Translations under genes and position numbers: made by a program
Shown: one piece after another, positions 27,621-41,300 of the stretch
Position numbering within the stretch: the first letter of the stretch is position 1
Layout: each line of letters starts with the position of its first letter
Assembly (NCBI RefSeq): GCF_009914755.1
Contig: NC_060932.1
Strand: one strand, 5' to 3'
Length of the DNA: 64,000 nt
Source: the human T2T-CHM13v2.0 reference genome, Homo sapiens
The notes under the pieces: generated by a model
Database searches by the model: none
Seen by the model: only the letters and a program-made list of their open reading frames with translations
Told to the model about the DNA's origin: nothing

Positions 27621-28059
27621 TAGTAAGATCTTAAGAGTAAAGAGGGGAAGGGAAGAGGCCTTTGGAACAATCTGGCCTCAATTAAGCCTCTCAACTGCAA
27701 ATATCAACCTATTGCTAGCATTTCTTTTGTATCCTGTTGTGCTAAAAAGAAAAATGTCAGTCTCCTTCCTATTCCTGAGTTACATGATAAAAGACCTTCT
27801 CTTGCGTTAGCATCTATACATGCCAAGCTCCAGGAAAAGAGGTGGGAGAGGAAGAAAACTCAATCTGGTCTACTTTAATTATTCTATTTATGCTACCTAT
27901 GTTTTCTGCATTTTAACAGTCTTGTTCACTTCCTATCTGGAATAGCCAGTCCCTTTCTGGTATGATGACCCTTAGCTCCCAATGGGAATGAGGGCATCAT
28001 GGTTATTATTCCAACAAACTGTAAAATACTGTACAAAGTGACTGTGTAGTACACATCTC

Positions 28060-28320
28060 CAGCTTTAGGGATGAGCTCATCAGAGTTGGATTTTTACCTC
28101 TACCACTTCTTAGAAATGGAATCTTTTTTAGTCCCTCCCCTAGAAATGAAATATTGGGCACATTATTTAAACTCCTTCTTCCTCAGTTTGCTTCTCTGTA
28201 ACAGAGAGATAATAATAATCATTGCCATTTCATAGAATTGTCATGAAGATGCAAGAATAGACAGTACATAAATGACTTAGTACAGCACCTCACGCAGGGT
28301 ACCTAATAGCGATTTATTGT
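28060..28320 (+). mobile_element. MIR
   Basis: ttgggcacattatttaaactcc...cctcagtttgcttctctgtaac...ataataataat. Confidence 0.65.
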
Positions 28321-28957
28321 TGTCATTTTTATGATTCTAGAAATACAGTTATTATTATGAGGTCATCTAGACAAATCCCAAAGTAGTCAATGAAGCCACG
28401 CTGATGGTTCCAATGCCACTGAGAGCAGGCTTTTCTTTTCCTGGTGGTGCTCCAGCGGCACTCCCCATCCTGAGGGACACAGCACGGCTTGGCGTAAGGA
28501 GGGAAGCCAAGAACTCAGCTGACACTTATTTAGCAGTGACTCGGGCTGCCACGTATGCTTTTGGAAAATTTCTGGCTCCCCCTCCTGGAGCATATTTTGG
28601 ACGCCTACTTGTCATATTGCAAAGTGGAAGTGACAAAACAATCTGGGAGCTCGCTGACAATTATTCCCTTCATGCTGAGACTTGGAATCTCTTGGCTCAG
28701 GGTGTGCTGTCAGCCTCAGAAACCCTGGCAATGAAGGCGGCCCGAGGATGAAACCCTGCCTGGAGGGATGGGTCAGAGGCAGGGCAGGGGTGGGGACCTG
28801 CACTAAGCCAGATGGACCTTTTCCCTTTGGGTCCTAGCCCAGGCATTTCAGTTTTCCCTCCGTAGAATGCAGGCGGCTTTCCAATCTTGGTGGAACAAAA
28901 AAAAAAAAAAAATAAAAAAGCAACAGATAACAGTAATAGTGTACATTTATTAAGCCC

Positions 28958-29396
28958 TGTAATAACTTCCTAGGGCCGTTGCAACAAATTATCCCAAACA
29001 TGGTGGCTTAAAATAAATTTATTCTCTCATACTGCTGGTGGCCAGAAGTCTGAAATCCAGATGTTCACAGTGCTTTGGTTCCTCCAAAGGTTGTAAGAGA
29101 GAATCCCTGCATATTCCAGTTGCTCATGGCTCCAGGCATTTCTTGGCTTGGGGCTGCATAGCGACAATCTTTGCTTCTGTCTTCATGTAGTACCCTCCTG
29201 TGTTTGCCATCTTCCTTTCTCTTCTTTTCTAAGGACATTTATCACTGGATTTAGGGTCCCTGATCATCCCCAATCGAGGATGATCTTGAGATTTTTAGCT
29301 TAATTACATCCACAAAGACCCCTTTTCCACCTAGTGACACCTTCATACATTCCGGATGGACATATATTTTGCGGGGCCCACATTCAACCCACTACA
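28958..29396 (-). mobile_element. MLT1B-like solo LTR inserted in a MIR
   Basis: Termini tgtaataacttcctagggc...cattcaacccactaca; TSD agccc/agcct. Confidence 0.85.
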
Positions 29397-29904
29397 AGCC
29401 TCTTCTGGTAGCAGGTGCCAGACTTAGCACGCACGACTTAATGCCATCCACGCAGCAAGCCCGAGAGTCTGTCCTGCTTTTAATCCCCCTTTTAAGGTGA
29501 GAGATCTGAGCTGTCCTAAGCATGATCCATGATTATCCCTTTTATTCCTCACATGGCCCTATGTGATAGAAATTTCTTAACCCCCGTTTTACAGATGAAG
29601 ACATTGAGGAATAGAGAAGTCACATAACTTGCCCAAAACCTAGTAAGAAACAAAGTTCAGTACTCAAGCTTAGCTCTTTCTCACACTAACAGGATAGAAA
29701 GAGATAACTCTCATTCCTTCTGCTATACCTTCTCAAAAAGATTTGCTGACTAAATAACACGTTGAAGTTAAGCCAGCCTGTTTTCATCTCCCAACGAGCT
29801 CAGGAATTTCTCCCTTCTTCTTACTTCCTGGTAGGAAGAAGGCCTAATACTGCAGCCAATATTCCAGGGTGTCCTCAGAGGCAGGGCCACAATAGCCCCA
29901 GCTG

Positions 29905-30525
<621 letters not shown>

Positions 30526-30934
30526 TAGGTTAAGTGACATATAAGCCTAAGGTCACACAACTAGTACATAGTCAAGTTAGAATTCAAATCCGTGTCTGAC
30601 TCTAAAATCCACACACAGGCCAATACCTATTGGTAGATACCAGGTATGTAACAATACCACACACAGGCCAAGATCCTTTTTACCTCATACCTGGACTCAG
30701 CAAGCCTCTGAGGAAAAAAAAAAAAAAAAGGAAAAGGAAAAAAGAAAAACAGGAGAGGGAAAGGAGAATGAGGGACAGTTAGAGTAGCAGGGAGAGAAGA
30801 AAGGTGTTTTCACGATCTAATGTCCAGCATGGGGTTGATTAGTCAGATGGCATGATATAGCAATGTCAAAGGCAGAGCACCTGGCTCGGAATAGGGCTTC
30901 CATACACATAGGCCACTTCTCATCTTCCATTAAA

Positions 30935-31156
30935 CTTTTTTATTTTTCTTTGAGATGGGGTCTCACTCTGTCGCCCAGGTTGGAGTGCAGTAGCATGATC
31001 TGGCTTACTGCAACCCCTGCCTCCTAGGCTCAAGTGATCCTCTCACTTCAGCTTCCCAAGTAGCTGGGACCACAGGTGTGTGCCAGCATGCTTGGCTAAT
31101 TTTATCCATTATTGGGAGAGAGGGATGGGATTTCACCATGTTGCCCAGGCTCGTCT
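30935..31156 (-). mobile_element. AluJ-like, antisense, missing its 5' part
   Basis: Reverse Alu ending abruptly at ttgcccaggctcgtct. Confidence 0.88.
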
Positions 31157-31960
31157 GCAGACATTCATGTAGCCAATGAACATATGAAGAAAAGCTTAAC
31201 ATCATTAATCATTAGAGAAATGCAAATCGAAACCATGAGATACCATCTCACACCAGTCAGAATGACGATTATTAAAAAGTCAAAAAACAACAGATGCTGG
31301 CGGGATTGAGGAGACAAAGAAATACTTTTAAACTGTTGGTGGGAATGTAAATTAGTTCAACCATTGTAGAAGACAATGTGACAATTCCTCAAAGATCTAG
31401 AGGCAGAAACACCCAGCAATCCCATTACTGGGTATATACCCATAGGAATATAAATCATTCCATTATAAATATACATGCGTGTGTATGTTTACTGCAGCAC
31501 TATTCACAGCAGCAAAGACATGGAATCAATCCAAATGCCTACAAATGATAGACTGGATAAAGAAAATGTATTATGTATACATCATGGAATAGTATGCAGC
31601 CATAAAAGGGAATGAGATCACATCCTTTGCAGGGACATGGTTGGAGCTGGAAGCCATTATCCTCAGAGAACTAACACAGGAACAGAAAACCAAACACCTC
31701 ATGTTCTTATTTACAAGTGGGAGCTGAATGATGTGAACATGTGGACACACGATGGGGAAAAACACACACTGGGGCCTGTTTGTAGTGAGGGATGCTGGGG
31801 GCAGGAGAGCATCAGGAAAAATAGCTAATTGATGCTGGGCTTAATACCTAGGTGATGGGATGATCTGTGCAGTAAACCACCACAGCACACATTTACCTGT
31901 GTAACAAACCTGCATATCCTGCACATGTACCCCTGAACTTAAAATAAGTTGAAGAAAAAT
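31157..31960 (+). mobile_element. L1PA (older primate, about PA13-16) ORF2 end plus 3' UTR
   Basis: ORF 31112-31309 includes [27 protein letters not shown], matching the L1 ORF2p C-terminus; L1PA 3' UTR ...acatgtacccctgaacttaaaat. Confidence 0.93.
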
Positions 31961-32054
31961 AACCTATCTTGGTGTGACCCTCTTAAGATAGGAAGACCTC
32001 TGTCCAGTGTTTTCAAACAATTCAAGGACAGAAAGCTTAAAAAAAAAAAAAAAG

Positions 32055-32350
32055 GGTCCAGGCACAGTGGCTCACGCCTGTAATCCCAGCACTTTGGGAG
32101 GCCGAGGTGGGCAGATCACGAGGTCAGGAGATTGAGACCATCTGGTTAACTGAAACCCTGTCTCTATTAAAAATACAAAAAATGAGCCAGGCGTGGTGGT
32201 GGGCGCCTGTAGTCCCAACTACTCAGGAGGCTGAGGCAGGAGAATGGCATGAACCCAGGAGGCAGAGCTTGCAGTGAGCTGAGATCGCGCCATTACACTC
32301 TAGCCTGGGCGACAGAGTGAGACTCTGTCTCAAAAAAAAAAAAAAAAAAG
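32055..32350 (+). mobile_element. AluY-like
   Basis: gagattgagaccatc, gaatggcatgaaccc and gagcttgcag motifs. Confidence 0.92.
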
Positions 32351-32354
32351 AAGC

Positions 32355-32620
32355 ATCTTACATATTATTAAGTGAAAAAGGCAAGGCATGAAACAGTGTG
32401 TAGAGTATAATCCCATTTGTGTAAATGAAAAGATCTATGCAAGTACATATGTTGACACAAGCATATAATTTTTCTAGAAGGATACATAAGAAATTGTCAA
32501 TAGTAGTTACCTATGGGTAAAAGGAGTTGGTGGAAGGTCTTTGCTTTTACATTTAAAACTACATGGTTGAGTATTTTACCATGTTCATGTATTTCTATTC
32601 TTTTACTTAAAAAATAAATA
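32355..32620 (+). mobile_element. L1ME 3' fragment
   Basis: acatattattaagtgaaaaaggcaag...gtatagagtataatcccatttgtgtaaa. Confidence 0.6.
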
Positions 32621-32793
32621 GGAAAGAAAGAAAAAAACACTTAAGCACACATTTCAGAACTATGGGGAAATAAAGTCACCATATAGTCCAAAGTTTTGGG
32701 CTGTATCCTCTCCTCCAGGACTGGAAGGGTTCTATAGGGGTTTTAGGTCAAGATGTCTTCTGATGCCAGAAATCTCACTGCAACATTCCTCTC

Positions 32794-33166
32794 TGTGTTA
32801 CTGGATTTGTTTTGTTTTTCCAGAAAAACAGAACCAATAGGATATATGTGTATATATGTGTATGTGTGTAATAAATGAAGAGATTTATTATAAGGAATTG
32901 ACTCACATGACATGGAGAAATCCCAAGATTAGCAGCCGGCAAGCTGGAGACTCAGGAGAGCCAATGATGTAAGTTCTGGTCTGGCCTTCAGTTGACTAGG
33001 TTACTTCCACCCACATTGGGAAGGGTAATCTTCTTTTCTCCATCTGCTGATTGAAATATGAATCTCAATCAGAGACACTTTAACAGATACCCCCAGAGTA
33101 ATATTTAGTCAACTATCTGGGCACCCTGTGGCCCAGCAAAGTTGACGCATAAAATTAACCATCACA
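32794..33166 (-). mobile_element. MLT2 (HERV-L) LTR
   Basis: cagaaaaacagaaccaatagga...gatttattataaggaattgactcac; ends agttgacgcataaaattaaccatcaca. Confidence 0.88.
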
Positions 33167-33339
33167 GCCTCCTCCCAGAAAGAAACATCTAACCTTCTCT
33201 TGGATACCTCTAGTGGAGGACACTCACCACCTTTAAATGAGCTCGTTCATTTAGAAAGCACTTGTCTTGGGCTAAAATCTGTCTCCTGTGGTTCTCTCCC
33301 ATGATCTTAGTTCTATTCATAGAACACAGAGAACTCTTG

Positions 33340-34020
33340 CTGCTCTATAATCCATTCTTCCCCAGCAACCAAAGTCATCCTTAGAGATGTAAATTGGATC
33401 ATATCCCTCTTCTGCTTAAAAAAATTAGAAAAAAATCCAAACTCTTTACAATGATCTTCCAGGCTGTATGGGACCTAACCCCTGCCAGCCTTAGGAACAA
33501 TACCCCCTACCTTTGGTCCACCATCACTAAGTCTCAGCTGCACTGTCCTTTTGTTTTTTTTCCACAAGTGTGCCAAGCTCGTTCTCACCTTAGGCCTTTG
33601 CACTTGCTGTTCTATCTGCCTGACATGGCTTTTCACCAGAATAAAAGCTCTTTCTCCTCATATGGGTCTCAGCTCAAATGCTATCTTGTTGGAGGCTCTT
33701 CTCTGACCACTCAACTAAACTACCTGCTTCCTGTGGCTCCTGTCCCCAGCCACTTGCTTTTTTCATAGCATTTGTCACTATCTAATATTTTATTATTAGA
33801 TAATAAATTTGTAAATTGCACAGAGCCTGAACTTGATTCTATATTCTATTGCATTGTATTTGCTTGTTTGCTCTGTGTCTCCTGTAACTAGTGAATGTAG
33901 GATGTAGGTGCTGCCAGGGCAGGGATTTTTTATGTTTCATTTTGTTTGCTGCTGTAACTCCAACATGGAGAACACATCACAGATACTTGATAGAGAGTTG
34001 GTGAATAAATGAGTAAGTGA
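33340..34020 (+). mobile_element. L2 3' portion
   Basis: ggcctttgcacttgctgttc, tctcagctcaaatg, agggcagggatttt and the gaataaatgag tail. Confidence 0.8.
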
Positions 34021-34049
34021 AGTGTATCCTTTTTGTGTTAGCACTTAAG

Positions 34050-34290
34050 GTTTTGTAGATGGCTATCAGGTCTTCCTGGGACTCTTCTAAGCTAAACATC
34101 TCCAGGCTTCAACTACTCTCATCAGACATGGTTTGGGGTGTCCTTCACTTCTAGGGGGCCTTCACTTAGAAGTGTTTCAGTTTATTACTTTTCATATGGG
34201 GTGCTGTGAGCTGACAAAAGATTTTAGATGTGGTCTGAACCATAGCACAGAATAAACATATGTCACTATCAATTCCTTATCATCTGGCCT
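34050..34290 (-). mobile_element. L3/CR1 fragment
   Basis: gctaaacatctccagg...tcagacatggttt...agatgtggtctgaaccatagcacag. Confidence 0.55.
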
Positions 34291-34597
34291 CATATGTAAG
34301 AGAGAGAGAGAGAATGCATGATGGCTTCTGATGTTCTGACATGTTTTGTGACTTTGAACTTGGTAATGTTAAACATTTAGCGACCAGGGACATTTTCAAA
34401 ATGATGTGTGCATACATACCATGCACATACATGTGGCACACAAACACACTCCTCCACCTCTCTGTACTGGTTGTACACCACATGTGGGCACTGGCCAGGT
34501 CATGTGATGTTGAGCAAGGCTGTATCAGTCCAAGAGATGGGCACCTTTTTCTACATTATCCACAGAGTGTGAGGGCCATTTTCTACCTGGTCTACTC

Positions 34598-35561
34598 TAT
34601 CGGGGGAACCTGCTCCCAATATTTCAACATAGGTTCTTTCTATTTTCTGTAAGTGTCAGCCGGCTGAGAAATAAAGAGAAAGAGTTCAAAGAGAGGAATT
34701 TTACAGCTGGGCCGCCAGGGGTGACATCACATATCAGTAGGACTGTGATGCCTACTTGAGCCTCAAACCAGCAAGCTTTTAATTAAGGGTTTCAAAAGGG
34801 GAGGGGGTGTAAGAACAGGGAGTAGATCACATGCTTTAAAAGGCAAAAAGGAGAACTATTGATAAGGGTCTATGTTCAGCGGTGCATGTATTGTCTTGAT
34901 AAACATCTTAAACAACAGAAAACAGGGTTCGAGAGCAGAGAACCGGTCTGACCACAAATTTACCAGGGCGGAGTTTTTCCCCCATCCTAGTAAACCTGAG
35001 GGTTGTGCAGGAGACCAGGGCATATCTCAGTCCTTATCTCAACTGCCTAAGACAGACACTCCCAGAGCGGCCATTTATAGACCTCCCCCCAGGAATGCAT
35101 TCCTTTCCCAGGGTATTAATATTAACATTCCTTGCTAGGAAAAGAATTTAGCGATATCATCCCTACTTGCATGTCCATTTGTAGGCTCTCTGCAAGAAGA
35201 AAAATATGGCTCTTTTTGCCTGACCCCGCAGGCAGTCAGACCTTATGTTTGTCTTCCCTTATTCCCTAAAAATCACTGTGATTCTGTTCTTTTTCAAGAT
35301 GCACTGATTTCATATTGTTCAAACACACATGTTTTATAATCAGTTTGTACAGTTAACACAATTATCACGGTCGTTCTGAGGTGATGTACACCTCAGCTTA
35401 TGAAGATGACAGGATTAAGAGATTAAGGTAAAGACAGGCATAAGAAATTATAAAAGTATTATTTGGGAACTGATAAATGTCCATGAAATCTTCACAATTT
35501 ATGTTCCTCTGCCGCGGCTCCAGCCGGTCCTTCCATTTGGGGTCCCTGGCTTCCCACAACA
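34598..35561 (-). mobile_element. MER11A (HERV-K11/HML-8) solo LTR, full length
   Basis: Reverse strand starts tgttgtgggaagccagggacccc...gaacataaattgtgaagatttcatggac; perfect 6-bp TSD CTACTC at 34592-34597 and 35562-35567. Confidence 0.9.
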
Positions 35562-35707
35562 CTACTCAGAAATGGCACCTTTTTACAATTCATCTATTCA
35601 GAGGGGGTACTTTTCTCAAATTCTCATGATGGAGTTACCCATATTAGCAGCAACCCTGCAAATGACTTGTAGGAGAATGAGCACTAGAGGTGGAAGCAAA
35701 AGATAGA

Positions 35708-36220
35708 TTCACATCCTATTCATCCATTCAACTAATATTTGTGGAATACCTGCAATATGCCAAGGACCATTCTGGCATCTTGGGACATAATCAGAGAAGG
35801 TCCCTGTTCTCATGAGTCTCACAGGTACATGAGGAAATATGACAAGGGAGTGATCAGATAATATGTTAGACAAGGAATTAAAATAAAGTGATCTAGTAAC
35901 TAGTGGCCAATGGCTACTTCGGGGTGTGTGACCAGGGAAGGGATCTGGGAAGAGTGACAAGTATCCAAGTTCTGAATAATAGGAGGGAGTCAGGTATGAG
36001 TTCAGGCAAAAGTTCCAAGATGGGAATCAACTTAACCATGAGGAAAGAAGAAAAAGAAGGCCCCATGCTCTGGACTAGAGTGAGTGAGGAGAGGAGGAAC
36101 AGGAGATGAGGTTAGAGAGGTACAACAGAGAGATCCTTTGTAAATGCCCAGAGCCTGGACTTGATTCTCAGTGTAGCAGGCCGCCATTTGCAGGCACCGA
36201 GGAGAGAGGAGTGATAAGCT
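35708..36220 (-). mobile_element. L2 fragment, antisense
   Basis: cattcaactaatatttgtggaatacctgcaatatgccaag; ggagatgaggttagagagg. Confidence 0.7.
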
Positions 36221-36479
36221 TGGACCAGAAGCAATGGGAAGAAGAAAAGTGTGTCCAGGGAAGAGTTTCTGTGGAGCAGCAGGGCCAGTGCCAGTTGGGA
36301 TAACCTGGTAAGTCACTTACACCCTTGGCCTCTGTCTCCTCATGGGGGATGGGTTTTTGCAACCATTAATTGAGTATTTCACACATCATCTCCTATCACC
36401 CTCAAAACAGCTCTGGTATCCAAATTTCATCCATTCTATGGGGTTTTTAGAAACATTCACATAAATGAGGTAACAAGGT

Positions 36480-36715
36480 GAAATAATAATACTTAGCACT
36501 TACTATATGTTACAGATAGTTTTAAGTGCTTCACACACTCTGTCAGAGAGATAATATTGTAATCAGTATCCCCATTTCACAGATGAGGAAAGTGAGCCCT
36601 AGAGAAATTAAACAATTTGAGGAAGATCACACAATTAATAAGGAGCAGAGCTAGGATTAAAACCCAGCCAATGCCAGTGAGGTACCAGGGTCTGTGTTCT
36701 TGACCACTGTGATAT
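36480..36715 (-). mobile_element. MIR
   Basis: ccccatttcacagatgaggaaagtgag...gagcagagctaggattaaaaccca. Confidence 0.8.
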
Positions 36716-37299
36716 ATCAACGATATAATCTCTCAAGTGCTGGCTACAGCACTTGGGTCCTGATAGGCATTTAATTTCTTTTTTTTTTTTTTTTGCTTGT
36801 TTTACATTATAACAGGGCACAAGAATACAACTTTGTCATCAGAATAAATTACCAGCTTGAACAAGGATGATGATATCTCCCTTGCCAGAGGCAGTGAGCT
36901 AAAAAACCTGCCTAGCCATTCTGGGCTGTCATAGTCATAGACAAAGTATGTATTCCTCAAACCCTATAATTAGGTGTGTTCTAGCACTTGTGGCAGCAAT
37001 AACATAATTAGTTTGTATCCAAACTATGCAAGACAATTAGTGTTTTCTATGTGATGTTGAGTAGATTTGCTCCAAAGTCACAGCAGAGAACTGCAGGTAA
37101 AAGCTAAATTTAAACTTCCTCTTTGAGAGAAGTCAAACCTGGTAATTACTCTTTTAAATTCCCTGCTGAAAATGAGCCAACAATTCGCCTTGGTCATTAA
37201 CCGTAACCAGGGCAGGATCATCCTACAGACAGTCTGCTTAGAATAGTAAAATCAGCGCTGGCTTTAGAGTCAGGAGATGTGGATTAGAGAGGATGCTCT

Positions 37300-37615
37300 G
37301 CTACATCCTAGCCATACAGATCTTGAACAGGCGAGAAGAATAGTGGCTGCACTAGGGGACATTGTGGTGTCCACATGTAGTGTCTGGACATGTGGCATCC
37401 AGCTTGAACCATGAGATACAAAGTTGACTGGCAGAAGAGAAAGATGGGAAGATCTCAGGTCCTGGGTGATGTTTTTGAGAAACTGAATTAACAAATTGTG
37501 AAGGTGCCTCATTGCAGACATTTCGATATCAGAGAAAATAAACCCTTTTAGTGTTTAAGCCATTTTGAAAGGGGGTTTCTGTTATTTGGAGTTGAAAGTG
37601 TGCTAACTGCTGTAT
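37300..37615 (+). mobile_element. Old MLT1 LTR fragment
   Basis: gagaaaataaaccctttt..gtttaagccatt..gggtttctgttatttg. Confidence 0.55.
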
Positions 37616-38188
37616 TGGGCAATCATGAGATGCAATTAATACAGTGTATATAAAACAGTTTATGTATTGCCCAAGATAAAGTAATGTTAATAGAAAGTGA
37701 GAAGTCCAGCAACTTGGAATTTCTGTGTTTTTGCTGTGACATTTTTCTCTACCTAGTAGAGAATGATAAAATTTTAGTCTGTGAAGAAGAAGGTAGGAGA
37801 ATAGAGTGCAGAAAAGCCAAAGATTTTAACAATCATGCAGAAATGGGGAATATGTGGTTGGGGGCTGTTATTGACCCTCTCTGAGCCCAGGACAGACATC
37901 GATAATCAAACACAAAACCCTCTCCATGGCCTGGAAACTCTCAAAGCAGAAACTGGGGCAATTGTAGGCCTCTCCTCATTCGTTTCCCATCTCTTAAGGA
38001 TTATTTTCCTTCTTTGCCTGAAGTCTAGGGCTTCATAGATTTTGTCTACTAAAAAAGTTATTATATTGTTATATTATAGAATTATGTTTTGTAATTGTAT
38101 AATACATTATATAATATTATAGAAAATATATACATATTATGTGTTATATAAGATACATATTATCTATATGAATTTATATACATAAATA

Positions 38189-38871
<683 letters not shown>

Positions 38872-39210
38872 TAATATACTATAGAATTGTTATAATAATG
38901 GATTTCCTGAGGGTTTACACTTTCAAACAGATTTCTCACTGTGGAAGGAATGGCTTGGTGTTCCATTAAGGGAATTTCACACAAGCAGGGTTTGGCAGGT
39001 GGGATGTAGGACTGTGTCCTTTCTGCCTCCTGAAATCAAGTCTCATAGGTGACAAGTAATGGTGAACGCAGCCGAGCACGTTGGAGGATTCTGTGAGGTC
39101 TCAGCACAAATTCAGGCTATTAATGTTGCCTCAGAGCCTGACTTGAAACAGTATTGCCAAAACCGGGGTAGGTGAAAATGGACTCATGACACCTTCTGTT
39201 CTAATTTTAC

Positions 39211-39288
39211 CCCCACCTCAACCCTTACAACTTATTCCCCACCTCAACCCTTACAACTTATTCCCCACCTCAACACTTACAACTTATT
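39211..39288. repeat. 26-bp tandem repeat x3 (ccccacctcaacccttacaacttatt)
   Basis: Units at 39211, 39237 and 39263; one mismatch in the third. Confidence 0.95.
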
Positions 39289-39669
39289 TCTGAATAATGC
39301 AATGTGGTTTAGAAATGAATGGCATTGGGGCTGTTATTATTGAAAGTAAGGAGATAAGAAACTTCCTTCATAATTAAGACAGAGCAGGAGATGGCTAGGG
39401 AGTGAATGATTGACTCTACCTGCTTCCCCGTCGGGTAAACTTCCTTGAGATTCATCTTCCATCTAAAAATTGAGGAGGGAGCCCTTTGTCCACTCAACCT
39501 GCCTAATGTGCTGTCACACAAAAACTTAGCCAAGGTAACACCATTTTAAATCTTTTAAATCTCTGAGGCACTACATACATAATTGAGGATAAATCATCTT
39601 CAAGTTTAAAATAGACAAGATTAAGTAATTGCACTTAGTAGATTCATTCTGCTAAGTGGCCACTGGCAC

Positions 39670-40468
39670 TGTGGGAAATCGCAAAAGGGCTAAATTTTTT
39701 ATTCCTTCCTTTCCTGTATTCACACCCCATGCAACATGGCTTTGTAGCTCCTCTATCTAAAAGGTGGAATCTTACCCCTTTGCCCTTGAATTTGGGCTGG
39801 CCTCGTGACATGGTTTGGCTGATAGAATGCAACAGAAGTGATAGTGTGCCAATTCTGAGCTCAGGCCTCAAGAGACCATGCATGCCTCCACCATAGTTTT
39901 AGAACCCTTCCAGATTCCACGTAAGCAAGCTTGGGCTAGCCTGCTGGAGGGTGATAAGCCATCCCCAGTTAGCCAGCCTCTCTCTGAGCCAGGAGCTGAC
40001 CTGGTAGCTGTCTGCATCTGCAGATATATGAGTAAGCTTGATCAAGATCAGATGAATTGCCTGGCTGAACCCATGTTAAATATTATTGGCTTGGCTCGGT
40101 ATGGTGGTTCAAGCCTGTAATCCCAGCACTTTGGGAGGCCAAGGCAGGTGGATCGCTGAAGCGCAGGAGTTTGAGACCAGCCTGGGCAACATGGTGAAAC
40201 CTCGTCTCTACTAAAAGTACACAAATTAGCTGGGCATGATGGAACACACCTGTAGTCCCAGCTACTAAGGAGGCTGAGGTGGGAGGATCAGTTGTACCCA
40301 GGAGGTCAAGGCTGTGGTGAGCCCTGATCATGCCATTGTACTCCACCCAAGGGGAGAGAGTGAGCCCTGTCTCAAAAAAAATTGACTTGTAGAATCATAA
40401 ACTAAATAAATTGTTTAAACTCACTAAGTTTTGGGGCGGTTTATCACACAGCAATAGAGACACATAGA
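39670..40468 (+). mobile_element. MLT1G/H-like LTR, split by an Alu
   Basis: cccttgaatttgggctggcctcgtgac...ggcctcaagagacc; resumes actaagttttgggg..cacagcaatag after the Alu. Confidence 0.75.
40088..40381 (+). mobile_element. AluJ-like
   Basis: Dimer with ggaggtcaaggctg (J-type). Confidence 0.92.
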
Positions 40469-40699
40469 CATTTTTTCAGAAAGCTCACTGCTTTTGTTAA
40501 GATCCAAAGACTAGTTTTAAATATGTGCCTTTGCCAGCTGTGCATACAAGTTAAGATTAAACAAGAAGTCAGAAACTTGTGTTCTGTCAGCCTTTATAAG
40601 TTCTGGGATAGCCCAGAAAATTCTAGAAAGGTCATGAAAGACATCTATTTAGGAATTTGTCCTCTGGATCCACCCCCACTCCCATCTCAGTATAGTCAG

Positions 40700-41300
40700 T
40701 TATAATGATGAGGATGTAATGAAACAGGCATTCTTGTGCTGATGAACATGTGAATAGGCACGATCATTTTTATTCATTAAGTAAATATTTATTAAAATGC
40801 ACCCTATGGTCAGGCACTGTCATAGGGGATAGAGTTATAAGATGAAAAAAATACAGCTTTGTCCTCAAGAGGCCCACAATTTAAAAAGAATAACAGACAA
40901 AAAAACTTAACTATAAATCCATCTCATACATAAAAATGAAATATTGGAAAGGAATTTGGCAATATGTATCAAAGGCTTTAAATTATTTTTACTCTTTGGT
41001 AGAATGATTTCTCTTCTGAAAATGTATTCTAAAGGAATGATCCAAAATGAGGAAAGGATCTTATTCACAAAATGTTCCTTTCTATATATAAATATAGGAG
41101 AAATATATTAATTCCCAACATCCAATTAGTTATGATATATCTATTAGCTAGAGCATTACACAGCCATGAAAATTGTTTATAAAGAGTCTGTTAAAACAAA
41201 AATGATTATGACATATGCTAAGTAAAATACAGGATACAAAAATATCTTTGTAATGGCGTTAAAACCATGTAACAAAATACTCCTAAATATTCATAGTGGT
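40700..41300 (+). mobile_element. L1ME fragments with an interposed L2 piece
   Basis: ttggaaaggaatttggcaatatgtatcaaag..ttctcttctgaaaatgtattctaaagga; antisense L2 tail near 40770-40900. Confidence 0.55.

Noticed and set aside
31112-31828. ORFs similar to L1 ORF2p C-terminus
   Set aside because: A truncated, disrupted L1PA relic
38050-38188. AT-rich stretches (also 56165-56260)
   Set aside because: Low-complexity sequence with no specific structure
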